64,000 nucleotides of DNA from Polyangiales bacterium (GTDB taxonomy: Bacteria; Myxococcota_A; Polyangia; Polyangiales; Polyangiaceae): the NCBI GenBank assembly GCA_038230915.1, contig JBBRMI010000019.1:3444-67443 (forward strand), in the 5' to 3' direction. The translations under genes and the position numbers were made by a program. This document shows positions 9,049-19,974 of this stretch, one piece after another. How positions within the stretch are numbered: position 1 is the stretch's first letter; every line of letters begins with the position of its first letter. The notes below the pieces were generated by a model. The model did no database searches and was not told where the DNA came from. It saw nothing but the letters and a program-made list of their open reading frames with translations.

Positions 9049-11181
9049 ATGAGCCGGCCCTTCAAGCTGCGTAGCGAGTTCACGCCGAAAGGTGACCAGC
9101 CGGCCGCCATCGAGAGCCTGATCAAGAGCTTCGAGGCGGGCGCGCAGTATCAAACGTTACTCGGCATTACCGGCAGCGGCAAGACGTTCACGGTCGCCAA
9201 CCTGATCCAGAAGCTGCAAAAGCCGACGTTGATCATGGCGCCGAACAAGACGTTGGCGGCGCAGCTGTACGCCGAGATGCGCGACTTGTTCCCCGAGAAC
9301 GCGGTGGCGTTCTTCGTTAGCTACTACGACTACTACCAGCCGGAAGCGTACATTCCGACCAGCGACACCTTCATCGAGAAGGACGCGATCATCAACGATC
9401 AGATCGATCGCATGCGCCACGCTGCGACGCATTCGCTGCTCAGTCGCTCGGACGTGATTATCGTCGCCAGCGTGAGCTGCATCTACGGCATCGGTTCGGC
9501 CGAAACGTACTCCGGCTTGTTGATCAACATCGTCAAGGGCGAGGAGATCCGCCGCGACAACCTGCTGCGGCAGCTGGTCGACATTCAATACCAGAGGAAC
9601 GACACCGACTTTCACCGCGGCACGTTCCGCGTGCGCGGCGACGTGGTCGAGATTTTCCCGGTCTACGAAGAGGCGCTGGCGATCCGCGTCGAATTTTTCG
9701 GCGATGAAGTCGACGGCATCCACGAGATCGATCCGCTGCGCGGCAAGGTGCTGGGCTCGCTCGATCGCTACTCGATTTTCCCTGGTTCGCACTACGTGAC
9801 GCCGCGCCAGCAGCTCGATCGCGCGATCGGCGGCATCCGTGAAGAGCTGAAAGAGCGGCTCGAATTCTACGACCGTGAGGGGCGCTTCCTAGAGAAGCAG
9901 CGCATTCAGCAGCGCACGATGTACGACCTGGAGATGCTCGAGCAGATGGGCTTCGTGCAGGGCATCGAGAACTACTCGCGCCACCTGTCGCAACGTAAGC
10001 CGGGTGATCCACCGCCGACGCTGATCGACTATTTTCCCAAAGATTTCTTGCTGATCATGGACGAGTCGCACCAGACGGTGCCGCAAGTCGGTTCGATGTA
10101 CAAAGGCGACCGCTCGCGCAAAGAGACGCTGGTCGAGTACGGCTTCCGGCTGCCGAGCGCGCTCGACAACCGTCCGCTCAAGTTCGACGAGTTCGAGCAG
10201 CACATGCACCGCACGGTCTTCGTGTCAGCGACGCCAGGTGAATACGAGATCAAGAAGAGCGAAGGCGTGGTGGTAGAGCAGGTGATCCGCCCGACGGGAC
10301 TTTTGGACCCGGAGATTTTCGTCAGACCGGTCGGCGGACAAGTCGATGATTTGCTGGCGGAAATTCGCGTGCGTGCCAAGAAAGAGGAACGTGTGCTGGT
10401 CACGACCCTGACCAAGCGCATGGCCGAAGAGCTGACCGATTACTACACGGAGCTCGGCGTGCGTGTCCGCTACCTGCACTCGGACATCGAAACGCTCGAG
10501 CGAATCGAGATCTTGCGCGATCTGCGCGCCGGTGAGTTCGACGTGCTGGTCGGTATCAACTTGTTACGTGAAGGTTTGGATCTGCCCGAGGTGAGCCTGG
10601 TGGCGATCTTGGACGCCGACAAAGAGGGCTTCTTGCGCAGCGCGCGCTCGCTGATCCAGACGATTGGCCGCGCCGCGCGTAACCTCAACGGTCAGGTTTA
10701 CATGTACGCCGATCGCATCACCGACGCGATGAAGCTGGCGATGAGCGAAACAACCCGGCGGCGTAAGATTCAGGCCGAGTACAACGAGAAGCACGGCATC
10801 ACGCCTGCCACGGTCGTCCACGCGATCTTGGAGATGAACCCGTCGAGCGGGCAAACCGACTACTACGCGGTGCCGAAGGGTCACGGTGCCAAGGGCGGCG
10901 GCGGTGGCGAGCGCAAACGTCCCGACCGCGCAGCGGCTCGCAGCGGCGAGACCACGACGTCGCCGCAAGAGCTTGCCGAGCGACTGCTGGAGCTGCGCCA
11001 GGAAATGTTCGCTGCCGCCGAGAATCTGCAGTTCGAGACCGCCGCACGCGTGCGCGATGAGATCAGGAAGCTGCAAGCCTTGAGCGGCGGAGAATCGCTA
11101 GTGCCGCCCAGCACCGCGCCCGCCTCCGAACGCCGCCCCGCGCGCAAGCCCAAGGCCGGCGGCGGCCGACGCTCGCGGTAG
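9049..11181 (+). CDS. uvrB: Excinuclease ABC subunit B
   Basis: 'GITGSGKT', '[11 protein letters not shown]', 'DESH', '[14 protein letters not shown]', C-terminal UVR domain; ATG 9049 preferred as start. Confidence 0.97.
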   Translation: MSRPFKLRSEFTPKGDQPAAIESLIKSFEAGAQYQTLLGITGSGKTFTVANLIQKLQKPTLIMAPNKTLAAQLYAEMRDLFPENAVAFFVSYYDYYQPEAYIPTSDTFIEKDAIINDQIDRMRHAATHSLLSRSDVIIVASVSCIYGIGSAETYSGLLINIVKGEEIRRDNLLRQLVDIQYQRNDTDFHRGTFRVRGDVVEIFPVYEEALAIRVEFFGDEVDGIHEIDPLRGKVLGSLDRYSIFPGSHYVTPRQQLDRAIGGIREELKERLEFYDREGRFLEKQRIQQRTMYDLEMLEQMGFVQGIENYSRHLSQRKPGDPPPTLIDYFPKDFLLIMDESHQTVPQVGSMYKGDRSRKETLVEYGFRLPSALDNRPLKFDEFEQHMHRTVFVSATPGEYEIKKSEGVVVEQVIRPTGLLDPEIFVRPVGGQVDDLLAEIRVRAKKEERVLVTTLTKRMAEELTDYYTELGVRVRYLHSDIETLERIEILRDLRAGEFDVLVGINLLREGLDLPEVSLVAILDADKEGFLRSARSLIQTIGRAARNLNGQVYMYADRITDAMKLAMSETTRRRKIQAEYNEKHGITPATVVHAILEMNPSSGQTDYYAVPKGHGAKGGGGGERKRPDRAAARSGETTTSPQELAERLLELRQEMFAAAENLQFETAARVRDEIRKLQALSGGESLVPPSTAPASERRPARKPKAGGGRRSR

Positions 11182-11186
11182 GGGGA

Positions 11187-11230
11187 GTTGGCGGTTAGGA
11201 GTTCGCAGTTGGCAGTTCGAGAGGCCAACT
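11187..11230. repeat. Degenerate heptamer tandem repeat with short inverted partner between convergent genes
   Basis: GTTGGCG GTTAGGA GTTCGCA GTTGGCA GTTCGAG followed by GCCAACT. Confidence 0.6.
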
Positions 11231-11259
11231 ACCCAGTGGAACCACCGGCCGCCGGGCGC

Positions 11260-11703
11260 TCAGCGGCAGACGGTATTGATGTCTGCCACCAGCGGCGTTT
11301 CGCCGTGCGCGATGTCCTCGAACGGCACGCGACGCTGGCGAGCGGCTGCGCCGTCGCCCTTTTCGACGGCTTCCGCGACGTCGCGCAGTGCGGCGGCGGC
11401 TTCACGCGAGAGCTTTTGATAGCGAACCGCGCGCGGTACCAGCTCCGGCGAGGTCAAATGGAGCGCGTCGATCCGCCTGGCCAAGTCGTCGTAGCGCTGC
11501 GCCAGCGCACGTGATTCGAGCGATGCCGCCGACGGTGACGCGGCCGGCGCGGAGGGTGCGGCGGCCGGCGCTTCGCCTTTCCAGGCCTTGATCGCCTGGA
11601 CGAAAGTACCGCACTCGCGAGCGGTCTGAAATTTGGCGCAGCCGAGAGCGCACAGCGTGACAGCCGCGCTCAGCCCGAAGGCGGCGCGCTTTCCAACGGT
11701 CAG
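11260..11703 (-). CDS. Putative lipoprotein, helical
   Basis: 'AAVTLCALGC' lipobox-like; start codon uncertain. Confidence 0.55.
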   Translation of the reverse strand: MTVGKRAAFGLSAAVTLCALGCAKFQTARECGTFVQAIKAWKGEAPAAAPSAPAASPSAASLESRALAQRYDDLARRIDALHLTSPELVPRAVRYQKLSREAAAALRDVAEAVEKGDGAAARQRRVPFEDIAHGETPLVADINTVCR

Positions 11704-12788
11704 ACCGGTCCCCCGCGACGCGTGAGCTCCTCGACCACCGCCCGCACGTCTTGGGCGCGTTCGCGCGGCATGACCAAGATCGCGTCGTCGGTCTCGACGA
11801 TGCACAAGTCGCTCACACCGAGCAGCGCTACGGTGCGCGCGCTCTTGTTCTTTTGGCGCAAATCCTCGATCAGATTGCGGTGCGCATCGACGAACAGCGC
11901 GTCGGCCGGGCCGACGTTATCGGCGTGATCGCGCTTACCGAGCTCCCAAATCGTGTGCCAACTCCCGAGATCACTCCAGCCGAACGAGCCGGGGACTACC
12001 GCCAGCGGCTTGACCTTCTCCATCACGCCGTGGTCGATGCTGATTGAGGGCATGCTGGCGAACGCTCGCGCGGTTGCTTCGCGCTCGGCCTCCGCACCTT
12101 TCGACGCGGCTTCGGCGATGATTTGCAGCGCGGCGTGCACCGCCGGCAGGTGTTCCTCGACCGCTTTCAGCATGTCTGCGGCGCGAAAGAAGAACATGCC
12201 GCTGTTCCAAAGGTGTTTGCCGCCCTCGACGTAGCGCCGAGCCGTCGGCTCATCCGGCTTTTCTTCGAAGCGTTCGACCTCGAGAATGCCCGGTGACAGC
12301 TCGTGTTGAGCCTCGATGTAGCCGTAGCCCGTCTCCACGCGCGTCGGCTTGATGCCGACGGTGGTGATCGTGCCGCGCGCAGCGTTTTCGAGCGCCTGCC
12401 CGAGGATGCGCCGAAATTCGTCTTCGTTCTCGATGTGGTGATCGCTGGGCAGGACCATGATCACCGCTTCTGGATCGCGCCGGGCGATGACCTGCGCGCC
12501 CCAAGCGATACACGGCGCGGTGTTGCGCGCCACCGGCTCGGCGATGAAGCTGCTCGGGCCGAGCTTGGGCAAGGCCTCGCGCGTCACGTCAATCAGCGAT
12601 TCGCCGGTCGCCACGATCATCTGCTCCGGCGGGCACAGGCTGGCGACGCGACGCAAGGTGTGGCCGATCAGCGGCAGGCTCGGGTCCGGCCCCATGCCGA
12701 GGACCTGCTTGGGACGGCTCTTGCGCGAGGCAGGCCAGAAACGCGTACCGCTCCCGCCAGCGAGCACCAAGGTGAAGACGTGGCTCAT
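11700..12788 (-). CDS. manC: Mannose-1-phosphate guanylyltransferase
   Basis: 'LAGGSGTRFWPASRKSRPKQ', 'EPVARNTAP', 'ETGYGYI', 'WNSGMF', 'WSDLGSW'. Confidence 0.92.
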   Translation of the reverse strand: MSHVFTLVLAGGSGTRFWPASRKSRPKQVLGMGPDPSLPLIGHTLRRVASLCPPEQMIVATGESLIDVTREALPKLGPSSFIAEPVARNTAPCIAWGAQVIARRDPEAVIMVLPSDHHIENEDEFRRILGQALENAARGTITTVGIKPTRVETGYGYIEAQHELSPGILEVERFEEKPDEPTARRYVEGGKHLWNSGMFFFRAADMLKAVEEHLPAVHAALQIIAEAASKGAEAEREATARAFASMPSISIDHGVMEKVKPLAVVPGSFGWSDLGSWHTIWELGKRDHADNVGPADALFVDAHRNLIEDLRQKNKSARTVALLGVSDLCIVETDDAILVMPRERAQDVRAVVEELTRRGGPV

Positions 12789-12879
12789 GGGATTTGGGGC
12801 GAGCATAACGTGAGCTGAAAGGTACGCAACCGGGGCGAGCGCTGGCCGATTGGCGGTCGTGGCAAAAATCAGGCGGAGC

Positions 12880-15330
12880 ATGCCCGCCAGGGCTCTGACT
12901 CGAGCGCCCCGGCGAGCTACGCGCCACGTCGGCCAGGTGGCGTGCGCCGCATTGCTCGCACTGAGCTTGCTGTTCAGCTGTCGTGAGCACGTGGTTCTGC
13001 GGCCAACTGAGGTGGACGGCGGTACCGGTGGCGAGCCGCGCGGTGCCGGCGCCCAGCCGGGCCCGAGCGGAGCGACACCTGGCGGCGACGCGAACGCTCG
13101 TGCCGGCGGCGACCTGACCCCGCGCGGCGTGAGCTCGGCAGGCGCAGGCAGTGCCGCTACGACGCCCGGCACCAGGCCACCGCTCGTGGTCTGCCCGCGC
13201 CCGCCGGCGCCCGCAACCTGCAGCGTGAGCGGCGACTCGAGTCATGGCGTACGCGTGATTGGCACGCTGCTTGAGCCGCTCGTCACCCGCGAGCGCGGCG
13301 TGCTGGCCCTGGACGCGAACGGCAACATTCAGTGCGCGGCTTGCGACTGCGGCGACGACAACGGCGCGCTGGTCATCGATTGCCCAGATCTGGTTGTCTC
13401 ACCGGGCTTCGTCAACCTGCACGATCACCTGGGCTACGCCGGCACGCCGCCGCTGGCGCACCCAGGCGATTTGTACCAGCACCGCAACGACTGGCGCCTG
13501 GGCGAGCACGGTCATGCCAAGCTGCCGTTCGCAGGTGGCGCAAGCACGACGCAAGTCTTGGCGCAGGAGCTGCGGATGGTGCTCGGCGGCACGACGTCGA
13601 TCGTCGGGGCCGGTGGGCGCCGTGGGTTTCTGCGCAATCTGGACACGATCGGCCAGGCTCATGGGTTGATGGCAGGCGACATCCACGCCGCGACGTTCCC
13701 GCTCGACGACGCAACCGGCAGCGTCGATAGCGCGGCGTGCAGCTTTGGCGTGCAGCCGGATACGCCCGCGATCGCGGCGGCCGCGCAAGCCTACGTACCG
13801 CACGTCGGCGAAGGGACCGATCGGCGTGCCACTGACGAGCTGCGTTGCGCGCTCGGTAGTCTGGATCTGATCGGCGACAACAGCGCCGTGGTTCACGCGA
13901 TGGCGCTGTCACGGGCGGACGCGCATAAGCTGGCGAGTCGCGGTGCCAGCGTGGTCTGGTCACCGCGCTCGAATCTCGATCTGTACGGCAGCACAGCGCC
14001 AGTGGCGCTGCTCGGCAGCCTAGGCGTGCGGCTGGCGCTCGGCACCGATTGGCTGGCGAGCGGCTCGATGAACCAACAGCGCGAGCTGGCGTGCGCCGCG
14101 GAATACGACGCCGCGGTGCTGGGCGGCTACTTCGACGCGTTTCAGCGCTGGCGCATGGTGACCGAGAATCCGGCCTGGGCTTTGCGGCTTGAACAGCGCT
14201 TCGCGGCGCTACGCAGCGGGCTGGTCGGTGACATCGCCGTGTTCACCCAGCACGGCGACGACCCGTACGCCAGCGTGGTCGAGGCCGGCGCCGCGGACGT
14301 CAGGCTGGTGCTGCGCCAAGGCGCGCCACTGTACGGCGACGCCCAGCTGATCAAGGTATTTCGCAACGGTGAGGCGTGCGAGGAGCTGATGGTGTGCGGC
14401 GCCACGCAGCGCGTCTGCGCGGTCGAAACCGGGCAGTCGCTGGCCGACATTCGCGCAGCCGGCGAGGCTGTCTACCCGCTGTTCAGCTGCGAGCCGCCGC
14501 CTAACGAGCCGCATTGTGAAGCGCTCGTAACGCGCGAGTGCCCGGCGGGTGAGACCGATTGTGAGCCGGCAGCGTCTCTGCCCGCGTGGAACGAGACCGA
14601 TGCCGACGACGACGGTGTCCCCGACGCGCTCGACGACTGCCCGCGCGTGACGAACCCCGACCAAGTCGACAGCGACGACGACGGTCGAGGCGATGCCTGC
14701 GACGCTTGCCCGGTCTACAACCCAGGTCTGGCACCTTGCCCGCGCAGCATCGCGGAGCTGCGCGCACCGGCGACGCGCATCGGCGCCAAAGCGGCAGTGC
14801 TGTTGACCAACACCCGCGTCACCGCGCTCCGCGGCCAGGGCTCCAAGGGCTACTACTTGGAAGACGGCAATCACGCGCCCTACTCGGGCATCTTCGTGTA
14901 CACCGGCAGCGCGGCGGCCGGCGTCGCCCTGGGCGAAATCGTGCGTTTGCAGGGATATTTCGATACCTTTCAAGGCACCGACGAGCTCGTCAATGGCGAG
15001 TTGTTGTCGCACGCAGCAGGTTCCGATGTTTACCCGCCGCTCGTGATTCCGCTGTCCGCGGCTGCCGAAGGCTCACCCAACGCCGCCGGCCTGGCTTCGT
15101 TATTCGTGCGCGTCGAAGGCGCGGAGGTCGCAACCACGAATCCGGATGCTCCGAATGACTACGACGAAACGCTCCTGCTCGGCGGCCTGCGCCTGGATGA
15201 CTTGCTCTGGCCCGACCTCGACAACCAGTACGCGGTCGGGACGCAGTTCAGCGCGCTCGTGGGCATCGCGGGTTTCTCGTTCGGCCACCAGAAGCTCTAC
15301 CCGCGCGGCCCGTCCGACCTCACGCCCTAG
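12880..15330 (+). CDS. Lipoprotein amidohydrolase with TSP3-like Ca-binding repeats and OB-fold-like C-terminal domain
   Basis: 'LLFSC' lipobox, 'PGFVNLHDH', 'HVGEG', 'WSPRSN', 'ALGTDW', 'DADDDGVPDALDDCP'. Confidence 0.8.
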   Translation: MPARALTRAPRRATRHVGQVACAALLALSLLFSCREHVVLRPTEVDGGTGGEPRGAGAQPGPSGATPGGDANARAGGDLTPRGVSSAGAGSAATTPGTRPPLVVCPRPPAPATCSVSGDSSHGVRVIGTLLEPLVTRERGVLALDANGNIQCAACDCGDDNGALVIDCPDLVVSPGFVNLHDHLGYAGTPPLAHPGDLYQHRNDWRLGEHGHAKLPFAGGASTTQVLAQELRMVLGGTTSIVGAGGRRGFLRNLDTIGQAHGLMAGDIHAATFPLDDATGSVDSAACSFGVQPDTPAIAAAAQAYVPHVGEGTDRRATDELRCALGSLDLIGDNSAVVHAMALSRADAHKLASRGASVVWSPRSNLDLYGSTAPVALLGSLGVRLALGTDWLASGSMNQQRELACAAEYDAAVLGGYFDAFQRWRMVTENPAWALRLEQRFAALRSGLVGDIAVFTQHGDDPYASVVEAGAADVRLVLRQGAPLYGDAQLIKVFRNGEACEELMVCGATQRVCAVETGQSLADIRAAGEAVYPLFSCEPPPNEPHCEALVTRECPAGETDCEPAASLPAWNETDADDDGVPDALDDCPRVTNPDQVDSDDDGRGDACDACPVYNPGLAPCPRSIAELRAPATRIGAKAAVLLTNTRVTALRGQGSKGYYLEDGNHAPYSGIFVYTGSAAAGVALGEIVRLQGYFDTFQGTDELVNGELLSHAAGSDVYPPLVIPLSAAAEGSPNAAGLASLFVRVEGAEVATTNPDAPNDYDETLLLGGLRLDDLLWPDLDNQYAVGTQFSALVGIAGFSFGHQKLYPRGPSDLTP

Positions 15331-15335
15331 CTTAA

Positions 15336-15905
15336 CTAGCGCAGGGCGTCGCGCACCAACCGCGACAGCTCGGTTTCATCGGCGAAGCCTGTCGCCACGC
15401 CGCGCACAGTGCCGTCTTTGGCGATCAAGACCAGCGTCGGCAAACCTTGCACGTGGTACAGCGACGACGCCACGTCTTGGTCGTCGAACACGCTCGGGTA
15501 GCCGAGCTCGGAGCGCGCCAAGAACCGCGTGATGCTCTCGCGGTCGTCACTCGTACCGACACCGAGCACGCGCAGCTTGTCCGCACCGAAGGATTTGGCG
15601 ACCTTCTCGAGCACCGGGGTCTGCGCGCGGCACGGCCCACACCAGCTCGCCCAAAAATCGAGCACCACCGCTTGACCTTGCAGATCACTCAGCCGCTGCG
15701 ACTTGCCGTGCTCCTTGGGCGAGGCGTACGGCAGCAGAAAGTCCGGCGCTGGCAGCCCGACCAGCGCCGATTTTTCCGCCTTTCTGACGCCCAAGTAAGG
15801 CAACACGAACAGGCCCATGAACAGGCTGAAGGCGAGCACCAACCCAGCAACCAAGTAACCGGTCGAGGCGTCGTTCAGCTTGGCGTTCTTGGCTGGCGTT
15901 TTCAT
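15336..15905 (-). CDS. TlpA/ResA-like membrane-anchored thiol-disulfide oxidoreductase
   Basis: N-terminal TM, 'LDFWASWCGPC'; ATGA overlap with the kinase stop. Confidence 0.88.
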   Translation of the reverse strand: MKTPAKNAKLNDASTGYLVAGLVLAFSLFMGLFVLPYLGVRKAEKSALVGLPAPDFLLPYASPKEHGKSQRLSDLQGQAVVLDFWASWCGPCRAQTPVLEKVAKSFGADKLRVLGVGTSDDRESITRFLARSELGYPSVFDDQDVASSLYHVQGLPTLVLIAKDGTVRGVATGFADETELSRLVRDALR

Positions 15906-17512
15906 GCAACAGGCCGGCTCGGTTGTTCTTTGCGGAGCGGCAGCTCGCGGGCAGCCGGCGTACCGCGCACCGGCAACGTCAGGCGGAGCCGCGCGCCGCC
16001 CAAGCTGCTGGCGTCGGCGGTGACCATACCGCCGTGCTCGATCGCAATTTTCTTCACGATCGCTAGGCCCAGCCCGGTGCCGGTGTGTTTGGTGGTGACG
16101 TAGGGGTCGAAGACTATTTCGCGCATTTCGTTGGGGATGCCGGGTCCGTTGTCCTCGACGTCGATGACGAAGAATTCGCCCTCGCGCCGCAAGCTGACCT
16201 TGATCTTCGGCGCGTCGCTCTTGGCGTCGTACAGCGCGTCGGCCGCGTTCTGAATCAGGTTCAGCAGGACGCGGCGCAGCATTTGCCGATCGACCGCGAC
16301 CTCGGCTGGCTGCGACGGCAGCAGCCACTCGAAGCTGGGTCGCGCGCCCGCCAGCCGAATCACCGACAGCTCCTCGCCACCCTGACCTTCGACGGCATCG
16401 GCGCGCTCGATTTGCCGGCGCTGTTCGGCGACGAACTCGGCCAAATCTGCCGGTTCGAGGTGCGCTTCCGGCAGCCGCGCGAAATCCGAAAACTCGGAGA
16501 CCAGCCGGCGCAACGTGCCCACTTCGTCCTCGACGATCTCGAGCGTGGTGTCGAGCAGACCGCGAAACTGTTCGTCGTTGCCCTCGTAGCGGCGGTGGAT
16601 CTCTTGTACGCCGAGTTGAATCGGCGTGAGCGGATTCTTGATCTCATGCGCCAGCCGCCGCGCCATCTCCTGCCAGGCGCTGATGCGCTGCAGGTACTCG
16701 ATGCGGGCACGGCTGGTCTCGACTTCGCCGAGCATGCGATTGAAGGCTCGCGCCAACGCCGTGATCTCGTCGTTGCCACCCTCGCCGACGCGAATCGAGA
16801 GATTACCGGCGCCAACTCGCCGCGTTGCCAGAGCGAGCTCGCCCAGCCGTGCCGCCACGCCACGCGCCAGGAACGTGCCGACCGCAATCGCCAACGCGAT
16901 CGTGATACCGAGCAACGCCGTAAACGCCCACACGTAGCCCTGAATGTCGCGCTTGCTCCGGCGATCGACGACCTTATAAGTGTCGATGAACTGGCCCATC
17001 TCCGACAGCTCGTCGAAGTGCGCCTTGTCTGCCGCAAAGACGAGCGAGAGCTCCGGTGCGTCATCGCCTTCGGCGACCTCGGCTAACGGTCGCGTCACTT
17101 CGAGCTGATTTTCGCGCTCTGGATCGAGCGGCTTGCCGCGATCGACGCTGGCCAGCGTCTTACCGTCGGCTAGCGCCACGCGCAGCGAGACCAAGCTCTG
17201 GTGTTGCTCGAGCTGCTTCTTCAACTCGGCCGTGACCGCCCCGGCTTCACCGGCCGCCACCGCGCGACGTAGCGCCGGGCTGAGCGCGATCGCCGCACCC
17301 TCTTCGCGCATGCGCGCCTTCAGCGTGCGCGCCAGCTCTTGGTACAAGCCGAGCGAGCGATCCAGGTGCGTGCCGATCTCGGGAACGAAGTAGCGCGCCC
17401 CGGTCTCGCGTACGTATTTTTCGCCCAGCCAGATCGCTACCAAAACCGGGATCAGGGCCGTGATCACGATCGCCAGCGCGAGCCGAACCTGGATCCGACC
17501 GGGACGCGTCAC
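15902..17512 (-). CDS. NtrY-like sensor histidine kinase (TM-HAMP-HisKA-HATPase)
   Basis: 'AWQEMARRLAHEIKNPLTPIQL', 'NLIQNA', 'DNGPGI', 'GTGLGL'. Confidence 0.9.
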   Translation of the reverse strand: MTRPGRIQVRLALAIVITALIPVLVAIWLGEKYVRETGARYFVPEIGTHLDRSLGLYQELARTLKARMREEGAAIALSPALRRAVAAGEAGAVTAELKKQLEQHQSLVSLRVALADGKTLASVDRGKPLDPERENQLEVTRPLAEVAEGDDAPELSLVFAADKAHFDELSEMGQFIDTYKVVDRRSKRDIQGYVWAFTALLGITIALAIAVGTFLARGVAARLGELALATRRVGAGNLSIRVGEGGNDEITALARAFNRMLGEVETSRARIEYLQRISAWQEMARRLAHEIKNPLTPIQLGVQEIHRRYEGNDEQFRGLLDTTLEIVEDEVGTLRRLVSEFSDFARLPEAHLEPADLAEFVAEQRRQIERADAVEGQGGEELSVIRLAGARPSFEWLLPSQPAEVAVDRQMLRRVLLNLIQNAADALYDAKSDAPKIKVSLRREGEFFVIDVEDNGPGIPNEMREIVFDPYVTTKHTGTGLGLAIVKKIAIEHGGMVTADASSLGGARLRLTLPVRGTPAARELPLRKEQPSRPVA

Positions 17513-18504
17513 TCCTGCACCCGCAACCAACGTGTCAGCACGCGCCACGGATCGAAGCCGAGGTAACGGCGCACGTCGTTTTCGAAGAAGGCGTACGCGC
17601 GCTCGAGCCGCGGACCGAGGCTACTCGGCGCGCTCAGACCCTGAAAAATCCCGAAATGCCCGAGCAAGCCCTTGGCCAGCGACAAAGCCGCACGGCCGGC
17701 GTCCACGCCGAGCGGAACCGCCAAGCCCGGCGTCACCGGCGTCAAGACGACGTCGCGCACCGCGACCGCGGTCGCCCATGCGCCGGGCGCGGTGTCAGCG
17801 GCCAAGCGCCGAAAAGTCGAAAGCTCGGCGTAGCAACCGACCGCCACCGGACCGAGCCGCGCCTCGACGGCCGGCCCCAAGTAGCGGTAGTCGCGCGAGA
17901 AATCTCCCGACAACAGGCCCATGTCGCGGCGCACGCGATCCGGCCCCATCACGACGTCGAACGCCGGACCGCGCCGACGCAGACACAGCGCCGTGTACAG
18001 CTCGCCCGCGTCGAATGCGCCGAGCACCAGCGTCTTGCCATTCGGGCATACCAAATCGAGCGCGCTGCCGAGCGCACGCTCGGTCGGGATCGGCCACTCG
18101 GCGAACGGTGATGGCCAGAGCTCGACCTCACCCTCTTGCTCCAGCTCGCGCATCGCCGCCACTAAGGCTTCGAGCTGCACGTGGAACGACTGACCGCGCG
18201 TCAAGCGCCGCGCGAAGCGGTCGCCGAACTGCTCGAGCGCGCTGGTCGACAGCACGATCGCGAACGTGCCGTCGTGCTCGAGCGCAAGTTCCGCGGCCGC
18301 GACGTGCCCGCTAGCAGGCAGCGGCAAGCGACCACGCAGCGTCGACGACACCTTAATCACACGCTGGCCGTCGCGGACCGCGATGATGCCGCCACCCGCC
18401 CCGGCCGCGGTGCCAGCTGCTGGCGTCGGCACGCGGAACATGTCCGGCAAGCGCAACCAATCTTCAGCCGTGAAATCGTGAACTTGAGCGTCGGGGGTGA
18501 ACAT
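17509..18504 (-). CDS. Hypothetical protein, first gene of the kinase operon
   Basis: 331-aa ORF with GTGA coupling to the kinase gene. Confidence 0.7.
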   Translation of the reverse strand: MFTPDAQVHDFTAEDWLRLPDMFRVPTPAAGTAAGAGGGIIAVRDGQRVIKVSSTLRGRLPLPASGHVAAAELALEHDGTFAIVLSTSALEQFGDRFARRLTRGQSFHVQLEALVAAMRELEQEGEVELWPSPFAEWPIPTERALGSALDLVCPNGKTLVLGAFDAGELYTALCLRRRGPAFDVVMGPDRVRRDMGLLSGDFSRDYRYLGPAVEARLGPVAVGCYAELSTFRRLAADTAPGAWATAVAVRDVVLTPVTPGLAVPLGVDAGRAALSLAKGLLGHFGIFQGLSAPSSLGPRLERAYAFFENDVRRYLGFDPWRVLTRWLRVQE

Positions 18505-18548
18505 GACTAAGGAGGCGGCGCCGCGGGACGCCGGAGTATAGTGGAGCC

Positions 18549-19871
18549 ATGCTTCCCGACCACGCCGTCGATCCCGCCACCCGGGACCTCCTGGCTTTCA
18601 TCGAGGCCGCACCCACGCCCTACCACGCCGTTTCCGAGGTCGCGGGCCGGCTTTCGACGGCCGGCTTCCGCCGGGTATCGGAGCGTGAGGCCTGGCAGCT
18701 CGCACCCGGTGACCGCGGTTTCGTCGTGCGCGGCGGCGGCTCGATCGCCGCCTTTCGCGTCGGCGAAAAATCGCCGGCCGAGGCTGGCTTCGTCGTCGTC
18801 GGCGCCCACACCGACTCGCCGAACCTGCGGCTGAAGCCCCAGGCAGAGCTGACGGCGCACGGCTATGAGCAGCTGTCGGTCGAGGTATACGGCGGCGTCT
18901 TGTTGTCGACGTGGCTCGATCGCGAGCTGGGGTTGGCGGGGCGGCTGGTCTTGGAAGACGGGTCGACGCGCTTGGTACGGTTACCCGGGTCGTTCTGCCG
19001 CGTACCGAGTCTGGCCATTCACCTGAATCGAGACGTGAACTCCGGCGGGCTCACCCTGAACCCGCAGACGCAGCTCTTGCCGCTGGCGGCGTTGGAGCTG
19101 GAGACGGGTGGGCTCGAGCTCGGCGAGCGGCTGGCCGCGGCTGCCGGCGATGGCGTGACGGCGAAGACGATTAGCGGCAGCGATCTGTGCTTGTTCGACA
19201 CCCAAGCGCCAGCGCTCGGCGGCGCGCGCAACGAGCTGATTTTCTCGGCGCGGCTCGACAATTTGGTGTCGTGCCACGCCGCGCTGTCGGCGCTGCTCGG
19301 CTCGACCGACACGGCTGACGCGACGCGCGTCGTCGTGCTCTACGATCACGAAGAGGTAGGCAGCGAGAGCGCGATCGGCGCTGGCTCGCAGTTCCTGGAG
19401 AGCGTGCTTTTGCGGCTGTTGGCTTGCCACCCGCCGGCCAGCGACGGCTTCGCGCGCGCGACCGCCGGCTCGTTACTCGTCTCCGCCGATATGGCGCACG
19501 CCGTGCACCCCAATTATCCGGACAAGCACGACAAGCAGCACCGCCCACTGCTCGGCAAGGGTCCGGTGCTGAAGGTCAACGTCAGCCAACGCTACGCCAC
19601 CGACGGCCCGACCGCGGCGCGTTTCCGGGCCGCGTGTGCGAAGGCCGGCGTCGAGCCGCAGCATTTCGTGTCGCGCAACGACATCGGCTGTGGCAGCACG
19701 ATTGGCCCGATCGCGGCGGCCGGGCTGGGGTTGCGCACGGTCGACGTGGGCGGCCCGATGCTCAGCATGCACAGCTGCCGGGAGATGGCCGCGAGCGCCG
19801 ACGTGCCGGTAATGATCAACGTGATGACCGGATTGTTCGACGACTTTGTGCCGCTTGATCCGGCGTCGTGA
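18549..19871 (+). CDS. M18-family (aspartyl) aminopeptidase
   Basis: 'GAHTDSP', 'STWLDRELGLAGR', 'RLDNL', 'DHEEVGS', 'SADMAHAVHPNY', 'LSMHSCRE'. Confidence 0.93.
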   Translation: MLPDHAVDPATRDLLAFIEAAPTPYHAVSEVAGRLSTAGFRRVSEREAWQLAPGDRGFVVRGGGSIAAFRVGEKSPAEAGFVVVGAHTDSPNLRLKPQAELTAHGYEQLSVEVYGGVLLSTWLDRELGLAGRLVLEDGSTRLVRLPGSFCRVPSLAIHLNRDVNSGGLTLNPQTQLLPLAALELETGGLELGERLAAAAGDGVTAKTISGSDLCLFDTQAPALGGARNELIFSARLDNLVSCHAALSALLGSTDTADATRVVVLYDHEEVGSESAIGAGSQFLESVLLRLLACHPPASDGFARATAGSLLVSADMAHAVHPNYPDKHDKQHRPLLGKGPVLKVNVSQRYATDGPTAARFRAACAKAGVEPQHFVSRNDIGCGSTIGPIAAAGLGLRTVDVGGPMLSMHSCREMAASADVPVMINVMTGLFDDFVPLDPAS

Positions 19872-19974
19872 TCGAGTGTTCGACGATGTCGCGCCGCTTG
19901 ATCCGGTGTCATGACATCTTTGGCTGCCGCGCCGCAGCTAGCCTGCATAAGCTCGCGGGCCGCCCTCGGCGGTT

